A stretch of 63,579 nt of DNA, filler included, from Pirum gemmata (Eukaryota): NCBI GenBank assembly GCA_002812295.1. It is 22 parts of 22 records of this genome, joined end to end, with 100 filler letters (N's around TTAATTAATTAA, not from the genome) between each part and the next. Parts side by side here need not be neighbours in the genome. Positions count along the whole stretch, not along the records: positions 49,680 to 52,390 come from PDIN01004997.1; positions 52,491 to 55,201 come from PDIN01004998.1; positions 55,302 to 58,012 come from PDIN01004999.1; positions 58,113 to 60,799 come from PDIN01005000.1; positions 60,900 to 63,579 come from PDIN01005001.1; 17 more parts are not named here. One strand, written 5' to 3'. Positions 50,492 through 63,242 of the stretch are shown here, piece after piece. A model generated the notes under the pieces. That model worked only from the letters and a program-made list of their open reading frames with translations, had not been told where the DNA came from and searched no databases. Position 1 is the first letter of the stretch, and each line of letters begins with the position of its first letter. The position numbers were made by a program, and so were the translations under genes.

Positions 50492-51930
50492 ATTATTACT
50501 AATGTTGTTGTTGTTGTTAATGGTGGTGGTGGAAGTGATGGATAATAATGTTATTATATATGTATTATATGTATTATATATTACTGGTGTTGTTGTTGTT
50601 AATGATGGTGGTGGTAGTGATGGATAATAATGTTATTATATGTGTATTATATGTATTATATATTACTATTGGTGTTGTTGTTGATGATGTTATTATGTTG
50701 TTTTTACTAATGTTGTTGTTGTTGTTGCTGTTGTTGTTACTAAGGTAGTTGTTGTTGTTAATGATGGTGGTGGTAGTGATGGATAATAATGTTAGTATAT
50801 ATGTATTGTATGTATTATATATTACTGTTGATGTTGTTGTTGTTGTTGTTGTTGTTACTAATGTTGTTGTTGTTGTTAATGATCGTGATGGTAGTGATGG
50901 ATAATAATGATATTATATATGTATTATATGCATTATATATTACTACTGTTGGTGTTGTTGTTGCTGTTGTTGTTGTTGTTGTTGTTGTTGTTACTAATGT
51001 TGTTGTTGTTGTTAATGATGGTGGTGGTAGTGATGGATAATGTTATTATATATGTATTATATGTATTATATATTACTATTGATGTTGTTGTTGTTGTTGT
51101 TGTTACTGATGTTGTTGTTGTTGTTGTTACTAATGCTGTTGTTGTTGTTGTTACTAATGCTGTTGTTGTTGTTAATGATGGTGGTGGTTATATATTACTG
51201 TTGTTGTTGTTGTTGTTGTTGTTACTAATGTTGTTGTTGTTGTTGTTACTAATGTTGTTGTTGTTGTTGTTACTAATGTTGTTGTTGTTGTTAATGATGG
51301 TGATGGTAGTGTTGGATAATAATGATATTATATATGTATTATATGCATTATATATTACTGTTGGTGTTGTTGTTGCTGTTGTTGTTGTTGTTGTTGTTGT
51401 TGTTACTAATGTTGTTGTTGTTGTTAATGATGGTGGTGGTAGTGATGGATAATAATGTTATTATATATGTATCATATGTATTATATATTACTATTGATGT
51501 TGTTGTTGTTGTTGTTGTTACTGATGTTGTTGCTGTTGTTAATGATGGCGGTGATAGTGATGGATAATAATGTTATTATAAATGTATTATATGTATTATA
51601 CATTACTGTTGATGTTGTTGATGTTGTTGTTACCAATGCTGTTGTTGTTGTTAATGATGGTGGTGGTAGTGATGGATAATAATGTTATTATATATGTATT
51701 ATATGTATTATATATTACTGTTGTTGTTGTTGCTGTTGCTAATGTTGTTGCTGTTGTTAATGATGGTGGTGGTAGTGATGGATAATAATGTTATTATATA
51801 TGTATTATATGTATTATATATTACTGTTGATGATGTTGTTGTTGTTGTTATGTTGTTGTTGTTGTTAATGATGATGGTGGTGGTGATGGATAATAATGTT
51901 ATTATATATGTATTATATATATGTATTATA
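49780..51930 (+). repeat. Compound minisatellite (about 17 units): constant core plus variable (GTT)n
   Basis: Core AATGATGGTGGTGGTAGTGATGGATAATAATGTTATTATATATGTATTATATGTATTATATATTACTG recurs roughly every 80-150 bp. Confidence 0.93.
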
Positions 51931-51945
51931 TATGAAAAACTAAAC

Positions 51946-52081
51946 CTTAACAGCCACACGAATCACTTTCATCATTAGGACAAGCAAATGAGAGCCAGCC
52001 CCCTGTACAAGGCTCGTAAGATTGGTAAACAACATAGAAACACATTGCTCCAAGGCTTGATTATTTCCACTCTCAAATAAG
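51946..52081 (-). CDS. Internal exon of an unidentified helical protein
   Basis: TACAG acceptor and AAG|GTTTAG donor. Open frame LFESGNNQALEQCVSMLFTNLTSLVQGAGSHLLVLMMKVIRVAVK; higher GC than its flanks. Confidence 0.5.
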
Positions 52082-55063
52082 CTGTAGTTCATAATTATTG
52101 TTGTTTTTAGTAATAGTTGTAGTGGTGGTGGTGGTGGTGGTGGTAAGATTCGTAAACAACATAGACACACACTACTCCAGCGCTTGGTTATTTTCACTCT
52201 CAAATAAGTTGTATTTCATAATTATTATTGTTTTTAGTAATAGTGGCGGTAGTGGTGGTGGTAGAAGTGGTGGTGGTGGTAGAAGTGGTGGTGGTGGTAG
52301 AAGTGGTGGTGGTGGTGGTGGTGGTGGTGGGAGTAGGAGTAAGAGTAGGAGTAGGAGTAGTAGGGGTAGGGGTAGGGGTAGGGGTGGTAGNNNNNNNNNN
52401 NNNNNNNNNNNNNNNNNNNNNNNNNNNNNNNNNNTTAATTAATTAANNNNNNNNNNNNNNNNNNNNNNNNNNNNNNNNNNNNNNNNNNNNTAATAATAAT
52501 AATAATAATAATAATCAATGATAAAAATATAATTAATAATAATAATAATATAATAGTAATAATAATATAATTTATAGTAATTTATAATTGTATATAATTA
52601 ATATTATTATAGACCCCTGGGTCTATCACGCGGCGAAAGATTTCGGTTTTTGGCACGTGGCCAAAAATAATTTTTTTTTAGGTGATTCCCCCAGATCCCC
52701 CAGATTTCCCCCTGCTGCGTTGGAATTAGTCTCCCTATCTGGTGCTGCCTTGGTGGCCGTGGGACCGTGAGTTGAAAAAAATTATAGGTTTTCCTACCTC
52801 GGTGAATGCCAGTAGAGGGCAAGATTCCCCCTGCAGCAGATTCCCCTCCACCATGTTCAAGGTTCAACAGTGTTCATTGTTCAACCATACAGGATGATTG
52901 TAGGTAGCTGGCTTTAAAACACAGTAAAATACCACCAGTGAATACCAGTATTATACCACTGCTACTAGTAGGGAAATTTATCAAAAATGGTAATATATTA
53001 AAATTTTGTTTTTTATTACATACCAGTATGTCATATTATTAATATTATAAATAATATGGATAAAACTTTCATCCTATGCTATTACAGCTCTATTACTAGA
53101 CCTGGTCAACTGTTTACATTTTACAAGGCTATATTAGCCAGGCTATCATAATAATATTATAATATTAATAATATTATATATATTAATATATAATCACAGA
53201 CAGCTCATAAATAACTTATACCAAAGTATTATGAAACAAGTCAACAAACTACGTATACAACTATAATAATTAATAAATGTAACCTACTGCTCCTCCGAAA
53301 ACCATGCGAAAACAGGGCCTTTGTTACAGTCATCCTCTCAATCTTTAATTTGGTATTGTTTAAAAGTGTATATTTGAACTTGTTTATAAAATACAACAAT
53401 AATAATAAAATACCAATTTAATTAAAACATGTCTGATAGTTTAACCATAATAATAATTTATCATTTTTTGAACTGGAAAACACTATAAAATTTCTCCTTC
53501 TAAATTATTTATGAAATTTAATTAATGAGCTACTATTAATATATGATATGAGAGGTATCAATAGTAGAGTCTGGACTCTGTAGAGGTCCTTTAGTGTAGA
53601 TACTCAGCCCTAGCTAGCTATAGCAGCTATTGATAGTAGAAGTGTAGCGCTAGAGGTCTGTTATTCTGGCTAGGAATTGTGCTTTTCCTTTATTTTGTCA
53701 CTCTGAATAACCTTTAAATTGACATTTTTAAATCAATATATATAGATAATAAATACACCAAATTAAATTAATTGGATTTATGTTATATTAATTTGGTGCT
53801 ATTTATTGTATATTTTATGATGACAAAACATCTACATTCTACACTATATTATTAGTCTTTAGTTAGAATCACAATAATATTAATTAAATGTTATAAAAAT
53901 TTGTAACCTTGTTTCTAAAGATACACAGTCAGTCACCCACCACTTGACTTCCCCCAATTCTGCTCTGTTTAAAAATCGAGATTTCAAGTCTATATATTAA
54001 TTTTAACAAGTTCGAAATGTTAAAAAGCTTACAATTAAGCCAGACTGTGCATAATAACTAAGCTAGTCTATCATAGCTAGCTAGCTAGATACTAGCTATC
54101 ATGATAGCTAATAGTCTAGCTAGGACCGTAGATTCGCCCTCCAGATTTTGTCACCTCCAAAAATGATAATTTATATATTATTATGATACCGGTACCATAA
54201 ATGAATATTTTACTATAAAAGAAAAATTTAATTTTAGACAAAATTTCTGACATTTACTAGCTAGACAAGTATCATACAACAACTGTACAACTGTACAACT
54301 GCTCTACCAACTGCAATCCCCTCTAATAATGCATACTAGTCTACTAGCTAGTAGTTATTTTGTCGTTATACAATAAATAGTACAATATAAATCCATTTCA
54401 TTTAATTTGGCATATTTTATTATATTATATTTATTTATTTAAAAGTATCAATTTAAATATTATAAACAACCTAATTAATATTCGGAGTGACGAAACAAAT
54501 GAAAAGCACAATAGTATAGTAGTCTAGCTACTACTAATAGTACTAGACTAGTAGTAGTAGTAGTTAATTAATACATCAGTGCTTTTCAGTTGTTTTGTCA
54601 TTATAAAGTATACAATAAATAGTACCAAATTAATATAATTTCAATTCATTTAATCTAATTTGGTATATTTTGTTATCTGTATATTGATTTAAAATTGTCA
54701 ATTAAAAGATTATAACCCTCCAAATAAATATTCGGAGTGACAAAAGAAATGAAATGCACGATAAAAAATCAAAATCGAGAAAAAAGAACAGTCTCAAATG
54801 ATGCCGTGGAGTGACGCCCGCTGTGCATAGTATCGATAATATCGATCCATGATAGCTATAATGATATGGCGCTAACAATCTAAAAACTCTAAAAACATCC
54901 TACTTTTTCTTACTAATAATTTTTAAAAAAAAAGTCCCGCATTTTTTATGTTTGAAAATTTCAAACCTATTTAATAATTATTACATTACTTATTTTTGAA
55001 AACAAAACTGAATATTCTATTGAAACCCAAAAGTTGGTCGTTTTTTAATTGTTTTCACTATAT

Positions 55064-55101
<38 letters not shown>

Positions 55102-55366
55102 TTTTTTCAAGTCATTGATTGAACCCAACTGAGCACATTGTTATTTTTTAGCATCAACCAAACCACAACAAATCAAATTGTAATCAAATTGTCAATTTCT
55201 CNNNNNNNNNNNNNNNNNNNNNNNNNNNNNNNNNNNNNNNNNNNNTTAATTAATTAANNNNNNNNNNNNNNNNNNNNNNNNNNNNNNNNNNNNNNNNNNN
55301 NAAAAAATACAAAAATAATTGGTATTATATATATACATACAAACAAACAAAAATTAAATTAAAATA

Positions 55367-57178
55367 TTAAAGTATTTTAAATCGAGATGCATCATCAGCA
55401 GGATTTAAACGAGATGGAACATAAACCATATAAGGGATAACATTGTATAACATTTCTAACATGGCTAACCGTTGACAAAAGGGATTAAGTAATTTAGTAG
55501 AGGAACGTCCTTTAGCAAAAATGGAGCAAACTACAGTATTGTCACAAAAAATTATAATACGACTATCACGTATATTATATCGTAAAATACTATGTTGTAG
55601 AGTTTCCAAAACTGCTACAGCTTCACCAATAGCAATATAAGCAGGTGTAAAATAGTAATCTTGCCAACTTTTATTTACTAAAATAGTCCAGGATTGGGAA
55701 TCAATAAAAGAATTATAATCCAAAAATTTTATAGATAACTCAGCAAAAAAAAGAGTAGAATATCCACCTCGAAATTCAACTGAATTATATATATGAAGTA
55801 ATTGACTATTGGTAAAACCAAAAGTAATTAAACCTCCGAAACCAAAACTACTACTAGCATCTACAAATAAAACACCTTGATATAATGGTAATGATAGAGA
55901 TACTTGACTATATGATATACATGTTTTACACATTAATAATTCAATATATAAATTATTAGGTAATATATACATGTTATCATCTAAATGATGATAATTAGTT
56001 AAAACATCATATATATGAAATAAAAAAGAAATAAAACGACGTCTAAGTAAAAAAATCCATAAAAGTTTACCACATAAAGAATATAGAAATCGAGGAGTAA
56101 ATTTTTTAATACTTAACAAATAATCAATCATAGACAATAATTTTTCTTTTTTAATAGAAGAAATAGTAACTAGGCCAGAACGATAAAAAATTGCACCACC
56201 AAAAGTACAAGTTAATGATGTAGAGGTGATAGTTTTTTTACTATTACATTCAAGAGACAACTCTGAAATGTGTTGCATAATTTTTTGAAGAAAATTATTA
56301 ATTAACGACTGATTAGTAGACATTAAAAAAATATCATCAATATAACCTTTTGCAAGTATGGAGTGTAATATGATGTCACTATGGTTAGGATTCAAACCAA
56401 CATGTTTTAATATATGACAAATAATATGCTGAGCACACCACACTGCAAATTTTACACCCATAGGTAGTACTTTAAAACAAGGATAAAGTATTTTCCCATT
56501 TCGTAAAATTCCAGGTAAACCCAAATAAGGATATAACCATGGAGGAAGTAAATAATGATAATAACAATTTGATAGATCACAACTAGCAAAATAAATTGGT
56601 TCATTAGATGAATTAATTATTTTTGTGATATCACTAAGATTAGGTAAAGTAATTGAAAAATTATCAGCGAAAAACATATTCGCTCTTCTTCCATCAAAAA
56701 TAACACGATCTGTTGATGTAGTTTTAGACACACCAAAAAGACCATTTATTACTTTAGGTTTTGTTGAAAGAAAATGGATCATGTTAGCAGCATATAATTT
56801 ATCAATAATTTTTGAATATTGATGTTTTTCAACAGCAATGAAAGGAGCGGGCAATGAATTAGGATTAGGTGGATTTGGAAGTAACATATACTCTGGTGTA
56901 ATTAATTTGGAAATATGTGAAGGTAATAACTTAAGAATAGAAACAGGAGTAATAGAAGAGGAAGGAATAGCTAACCGATCAGGTGAAAGAAATTTAATAT
57001 TTTTATCTTGTTTAGATAAAGTGAATAATCGAAAAAAATCAAAATCATCAACAGAATTAGAAGAAAAAATATCAGAATTTGACGAAACTAACCTTTGTTT
57101 ATTAGCTAACCTTTTTGTGTTGAAGGAGAATTCTGATTGCCTGAATTTGTACGAGTAGATGGAGGAAAAGAACGAGAA
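55367..57178 (-). CDS. Reverse transcriptase-RNase H (DIRS-type)
   Basis: RT motifs LFGVSK..DRVIFDGR, DLSNCYY, VLPMG, YIDD. RNase H motifs FVDAS, IAIGEAVAV, FCDN, YVPSRLNPADDASR. The frame stays open ~97 codons upstream of the ATG at 56887, up to a stop at 57179-57181. Confidence 0.9.
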   Translation of the reverse strand, partial: FSFFSSIYSYKFRQSEFSFNTKRLANKQRLVSSNSDIFSSNSVDDFDFFRLFTLSKQDKNIKFLSPDRLAIPSSSITPVSILKLLPSHISKLITPEYMLLPNPPNPNSLPAPFIAVEKHQYSKIIDKLYAANMIHFLSTKPKVINGLFGVSKTTSTDRVIFDGRRANMFFADNFSITLPNLSDITKIINSSNEPIYFASCDLSNCYYHYLLPPWLYPYLGLPGILRNGKILYPCFKVLPMGVKFAVWCAQHIICHILKHVGLNPNHSDIILHSILAKGYIDDIFLMSTNQSLINNFLQKIMQHISELSLECNSKKTITSTSLTCTFGGAIFYRSGLVTISSIKKEKLLSMIDYLLSIKKFTPRFLYSLCGKLLWIFLLRRRFISFLFHIYDVLTNYHHLDDNMYILPNNLYIELLMCKTCISYSQVSLSLPLYQGVLFVDASSSFGFGGLITFGFTNSQLLHIYNSVEFRGGYSTLFFAELSIKFLDYNSFIDSQSWTILVNKSWQDYYFTPAYIAIGEAVAVLETLQHSILRYNIRDSRIIIFCDNTVVCSIFAKGRSSTKLLNPFCQRLAMLEMLYNVIPYMVYVPSRLNPADDASRFKIL

Positions 57179-58011
57179 TCATTACTATTATTAGAATTGT
57201 TATTAATGCTATTGTCATTAATATTATTACTATTAGCAGTGTTATTATGATTATGACTATTATTATTATTATTAGTGTTATTGTAGTTCTTATTATGATT
57301 ATTATTGTTATAATTATTATTATTATTATTATAACTAGAGTTACTATTATAATACCTATTAGAGCGAGAAGAAAAAAAATTATTATTATTGTTGTTATTA
57401 TCATTATTATTATTACTGTTAGAACGACTAGATCGATTAGAATGATTATTGCGATTATTTTTGTTGAGTGCATTTAGTTGTTTTTTCACAGAAGTTTGAA
57501 AATCTAAGGAGCCCAAAGAAGGATCCGAATTTTGTTCTATGATGGCACTAGCTGCCCAATTCCGATCTTTATCACAAACCCTGACAGACATAAACCGACG
57601 CATAGTGAGATGAAATAAGGGTTGATTTACTAAATCATCGTGATAAACTTCTAACATAACATCCATTTGTTTACATAGAAAATTTAATTCAGTACTATTG
57701 CGATAAGTGTTAATTTGATTGCGAATAGATTCAAAAAGAGTACTAAAACGGTTATGATAAATATGTTTGATTTGATAAAGAAAAATAGTAGCTTCTTTGA
57801 TGTTTTCTTGAAGTGTGTTTTGTAATAATAAATCAGTAGAAGGAGAAGAATTATTATTAATATTACTTGTAGAAGAAGGAGGAAGAGATGATGAAATATG
57901 ATTAGAAGATGAAGGATTATGAATATTAGTATTTAAAAAAGATTCTAAAATAGAAGAAGAAGATGAATTATTAGAAGAATGATTAGTAGTTGAATTATTA
58001 GAAGAATGATT
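57106..58011 (-). CDS. Gag-like ORF1 of the DIRS-like element, 5' truncated
   Basis: Frame is open from the contig end to TAG at 57106: S-rich N-part, helical middle, N/R-rich tail. It lies upstream of and overlaps the RT ORF. The gag identity is inferred from position. Confidence 0.6.
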   Translation of the reverse strand, partial: NHSSNNSTTNHSSNNSSSSSILESFLNTNIHNPSSSNHISSSLPPSSTSNINNNSSPSTDLLLQNTLQENIKEATIFLYQIKHIYHNRFSTLFESIRNQINTYRNSTELNFLCKQMDVMLEVYHDDLVNQPLFHLTMRRFMSVRVCDKDRNWAASAIIEQNSDPSLGSLDFQTSVKKQLNALNKNNRNNHSNRSSRSNSNNNNDNNNNNNNFFSSRSNRYYNSNSSYNNNNNNYNNNNHNKNYNNTNNNNNSHNHNNTANSNNINDNSINNNSNNSNDSRSFPPSTRTNSGNQNSPSTQKG

Positions 58012-58349
58012 ANNNNNNNNNNNNNNNNNNNNNNNNNNNNNNNNNNNNNNNNNNNNTTAATTAATTAANNNNNNNNNNNNNNNNNNNNNNNNNNNNNNNN
58101 NNNNNNNNNNNNGGTACTCTTTATTGTATGACAAAACAACTGAAAAGTACTATAGTATTTTGATAATTATCAGAGAACATTTATTAATGACGTCACTTTT
58201 TTGAAATATCTTTTCTAGATTTCCATTTTGATGTCTTAGATTGCAATATCAAAGTTTACAATTTTCATCTGGTGGGAACAGGTTCAACAGAAGGACTTAT
58301 GATGACGTCATTAATGAGTTAGACTAGAGTATTAATTTAAAACTATTAA

Positions 58350-58380
<31 letters not shown>

Positions 58381-59332
58381 TTTAGTTTTTTTTTTTTTAA
58401 TTAATTAAAAAAAAAAATAATAAAAAAGAAAAAAAAGAAATAAATAAAAACATGCATCAGGTCACAGCACAGCAAAGTCCCCTTCAGTCCTGCCTTCGAC
58501 CCACCCCAGGAAAAAGTCTTTGCCTATAGTTTTGTTTTATGTAGGTTTTGTTACTGTTTTGTTGGGTATAATCCCCCAGGGTATTACTTGTGATTATCGA
58601 TAATTATTATGTTTGTAACGTTTGTTTGTTGTTGTTTACGATCGTTTTTATTCTGATCATTAATTAACTTATGATATATTTTATAAAATACTATTGATAT
58701 TTCATTTTTAAATAATCACGAGGTCTCGTGATATAATAGTATACTAGTAATAGTATATATTGTATTTCATTACAGTCCTCTTAATCTTTAATTTGGTACT
58801 GTTTAAGTGTATAATTGAACTTGTTTATCTATCCAAATTAATTAAAACATGTCTGATAGTTTAATAATAATAATAAAATTTTGGTATGTTTATTTCAGTT
58901 TTTGAACTGGACAACGTTAACGCTATTAAAAACATGATCGATATATGTAAAAACTTTGTCGAGACCTGTACTGTTGAACAACACTATGATAAACAATAAC
59001 AGCAACAACGTACAACGTATTTGTATGCAATGACAACAGCAACATCATCAAACAACACACAGCAGCAATAGATAATAAAAAGCAACAACAGAACTACCAG
59101 ACAACAAAAGAAAGCGATATCATAATATATTTATAAAAACCTCGGTTACAGACAGTTGTTGGGTAACTTTTGACTTTAGTTAGTTTTCACAGTGTTTTTC
59201 ACTCTGACATATTATGATATATATATTTTTTTTATTGTTTTTTTTTTTTAAAAAATCCGATAGACACTATTAGACAGTCAGTAGTCTGATTACTTTTTAT
59301 TTTATTTTTCAAATTTTATTCCTTTTTTTCTC

Positions 59333-59379
<47 letters not shown>

Positions 59380-60899
59380 GAACTGAGTCAAAACACTATA
59401 AATACCCTGGTGAACATTTATCTAATAGAAAAAAAACATAAACAAAAATTTAATAAAATAAAAGAACATCTACTACAGAAATAAAGAATGACAGTTTTTA
59501 TATAAAAAAATTCATAATATTCCTAATAATAATAATAACAATAAATAGACAAGTAACTACAACAATTTTGTAACTATCAATAAAATATCTACACTTATAA
59601 TATATATATATATTTATTTAAAACGAAATCGTAAATATGAACACCTTTCCTGCTGGAGTTGGCATCTACATTGGCCTTGTAGTTTTTGCAATTTGTTTCT
59701 CTTTCGCTGTTCATAAAATAGAAAAAAGTCTGATACACTCGAAACCAAATTATCAACATCAATATCAAATGCAATAGTTATACAATAAAAAAACAATAAT
59801 CGTAATAATATTAATAATTATGATTTTTTCAAAAAACAATAGTGAAAATGGTAGATTCACAAGAATAGCCAGAATAATATTATAATAATGCAAGACATTG
59901 TTTTGAACCAAGAATGAAAACAGTAGTGTACTTAGGCACATTGTTTAAAATATCATTTTAAATTTATTTTTATTTATAATAATACCTTCACTTGTAGTGA
60001 AGATCTTTAAAAATTGAAAAACGAAAACAAAACACTTTTTTTTATATTAAAAAAATAATATGACGCCAGAATCTTGAAAAGCAATAAATAAAGTCGAAAA
60101 AATAAACGATAAAAATTTAGTTCTGAATTATTTTACCAAACTGTTTTATCCTTTCCCCGCCTTCTTTGAATAACAATAATAATATTTCTGTTATTTCAAT
60201 AGTTTTATTACTTATTAAAAAAAACTACACTAAAACACTATAAAACTATCGTAATTTTCGAAAGTAACTGTTTTCAGTTTGCTGCTTCTCTCGCTTTTTA
60301 ATTTACTTAGTCTGGCAGTATGCAATAGGTTTAATAAATTTGTTGACAAGTAGATTGTAATGTAAACTAATAACAATAATAATAACAATAATAAATTTAA
60401 TAAACTAATATCAATTCGCAATAACAAATTTGAAAAGGAATGTGCAACACTGCATTGTGTATATATATTTATAATCTAAAAAACAAAACAAAACAAAGCA
60501 AAGCAAAGCAAAGCAAAGCAAAGCAAAACAAGAGGAAATAAAATAAAATAAAATAAAATAAAAGATATTCACCGACATACAAACATTTTTATATTATTTA
60601 TTAGACAACTATATATTATTATATGATAAATAAATATTCAATTTTTCCTTTCAAGCTTTTAAATAATTATTCCTCGGGTTGGGTATCAACTTCAGGGGCA
60701 GAATTGTCATTAGTAGCGCCTTTAATTTATTATGTTAAAAAACAAACAAACAAAAAAAAAAACAAACAAAAAAACAGGAAAAATACAAATAAGATTAATN
60801 NNNNNNNNNNNNNNNNNNNNNNNNNNNNNNNNNNNNNNNNNNNTTAATTAATTAANNNNNNNNNNNNNNNNNNNNNNNNNNNNNNNNNNNNNNNNNNNN

Positions 60900-60930
<31 letters not shown>

Positions 60931-62596
60931 CTTTATCTTCGAATTCGTTGTTGTTGTTGATGATGTATCTTGATGATGATGTTGTGTACGACAGACTAGT
61001 TAGTTTTTTGCTGTTGATATAATATTTTGTTTTTAATGTATTATTATAAAATTTTATAAGAATGCAAATACTCTATATTTATATGTTTATTACTGTTATA
61101 TATTTATTACTATTATATATTTATTGATGTATAATATATATAATATATAATATATAATAGTGTTTACTTTTCATTTTGTCATTTATTGTTATTATTATTA
61201 TTATTATCTATAGTAAATAAATTATTATTTTTTTAAAAAAAAACAATTGTAGAACTTACTTATACTACGACTATTGATAACTTACACAATGCCATCCCAC
61301 CTGTACAAAAAGTTTCAAAAACGTCAACCTAAGTAGCTTGCTTAGCTAGGCCTGTTTGAACTTTGAGGCTGGGGAGTGACAAACACCATCCACGCAATCC
61401 ACGCGCAGCGGTTATTAGTAAAAAAAAATAGATAGACAGAAAAATGTTCTTTTGATATTTAACACCAATCAAAATTAAAAATAAAATAATTTCCTTCCAC
61501 CCAGACTCCAGCTTCAGACTCCAGCTCTCCAGCTCTACATTCAGTGGCCAGTTCTGCTGTCGAAAAAAAAGCCAAAATTCAGCCCTGTTCGAAATTTATT
61601 TTTTCCATTTTTTCGGATTTATAAATAAATAAATATACTCGAATACTTAACTGTTACCTTAAAATTTCGAACTTATTTAATTAATGCATAGGCTCGAAAA
61701 CTTGATTTTTTTAACAAAGCAGAATTGGGAGCCTACCTCTCAGTGCCTATCATACAGTTTCACTGTTTCATACTCTCACCAAATGCATTCAGTCACCGTT
61801 TCAGTGGGCCTCTTATTAATTAATATATAGACTCGAAATCTCGATTTTTAAACCGAGCAGAATTAGGAGAAGCCTAGCTTTTTTTATCGTTACGTATGAT
61901 ATTATTGTGTTTATCATATTATTATAGTTATTTTTGTTTTGAGAAATCAAAATTGAAAGGGTAAAAGTACTCGTCTACTTCATTATAGTTGTTCACTCAA
62001 TCTTTAATTTGATACTGTTTTTAAAGTGTATAATTGAGCTAGTTTATAAAATACAACATTAAGTATAAAATACCAAATTAATTAAAACATGTTCCATAAT
62101 AATAATTTGGTACGGTTATTAGCTTTTGAACTGGACAACTGTTGAAAAACACGATAGTCTAGCGTTATCATCATAAGTTATCGTGCTTCTAATTTATTTT
62201 GTCACTCTAAATATTTATTTGGAGGGTTATTTAAATTGACACTTTTAAATAAATATATAGATAATAAAATATAACAAATTAAATTAAATGGCTTTATATT
62301 GTATTAATTTGGTAGTATTTATTGTATATTTTACAAAGCATCTTAGTTTACTGACGTTTACCTCACCGAAGCTTGGATTGCAATAGTTACCTTTTTAATT
62401 TTTTAAAATGGTGCAATTGGAAGTTAATTGGAGCATTTCCTGAATTCAAAGTTGTGAAATATTTTTGGCAATGGGGAATGATAATGTGCATTAGCCAATT
62501 AAAGAAGATTAAAAAAAATTGGAGCCAAAAACAGGCCAAAAACACTACAGAAAAACACTAAAAACATGAATATCAGAATATATCAACTTTTTTATT

Positions 62597-62629
<33 letters not shown>

Positions 62630-63028
62630 CAAAGCCCCACTAGCAAAGCCCCATCATCACCTCCCCCTTATTTGTTAACAAACTTACTTTATATGCAATA
62701 AAATTGTGTGCAAGAGTATATGTGCGTCGTGCGAGTGCCAGTACTAGTGTGTCAGTATGCCTAATATTTTTCTTTTTTCCATATACAGTAAATTTATTTC
62801 TTAATACGATATATTGTTATCATTGTTGTCATCATAAAACATACAATAAATAGTACCAAATAAATACAATATAAATCCATTTAATATATTTTGGTATATT
62901 TTATTATCTATGTATTTATTTAAAAATGTCAATTTAAATATTATAACCCTCCAAATAAATATTTAGAGTGAAAAGCACGATAGTATGATAGGTTTAGTCA
63001 TTAGTACCTACCAAGGCTATCTATCATA

Positions 63029-63242
63029 CTGGTATGGTGCAAACAATCAAAAAACGTCAACAAAAAACGTCCTACTTTTTTTATTAGTTAGAAGTCCCAC
63101 ATTTTTTTATACAATAATAGTACAATAATGTTCGAATAATTCAAATCTATTTAATAACAATTACATTACTTATGTTCGAAAACTGAAATTTAAAGTGAAA
63201 CCCAAAAGTCGGACGTTTTTAGCTTGTTTGCACTTATACCAG
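63029..63242 (+). mobile_element. MITE-like family F (~210 bp)
   Basis: Ends CTGGTATGGTGCAAACAA / TTGTTTGCACTTATACCAG, with inner inverted AAAAACGTCC / GGACGTTTTT. Related copies at ~54862-55065 and ~16400-16550. Confidence 0.72.

Larger units (their letters stand above)
55302..58012 (-). mobile_element. DIRS-like (tyrosine-recombinase class) retrotransposon, internal fragment
   Basis: Intronless gag-like ORF overlapping an RT-RNase H ORF; no protease or integrase is visible. The termini and the recombinase gene are not on this contig. Confidence 0.8.

Noticed and set aside
49780..51930. CRISPR-like repeat-spacer array
   Set aside because: Spacers are low-complexity (GTT)n of variable length, repeats are degenerate, no cas genes are present, and the context is eukaryotic.
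56625..57477. Plus-strand and alternate-frame ORFs over the retroelement
   Set aside because: Shadow ORFs of the RT and Asn-rich regions; no tyrosine recombinase motifs are visible.
59614..59945. Short hydrophobic ORFs on the minus strand
   Set aside because: About 60 aa or less, AT-driven composition, and no motif or consistent splice structure.
2670..60899. Regularly spaced TTAATTAATTAA motif flanked by Ns, and apparent clustering of bacterial-like genes
   Set aside because: Artificial concatenation spacer. The contigs are unrelated, so there is no evidence of a gene cluster, operon or island.
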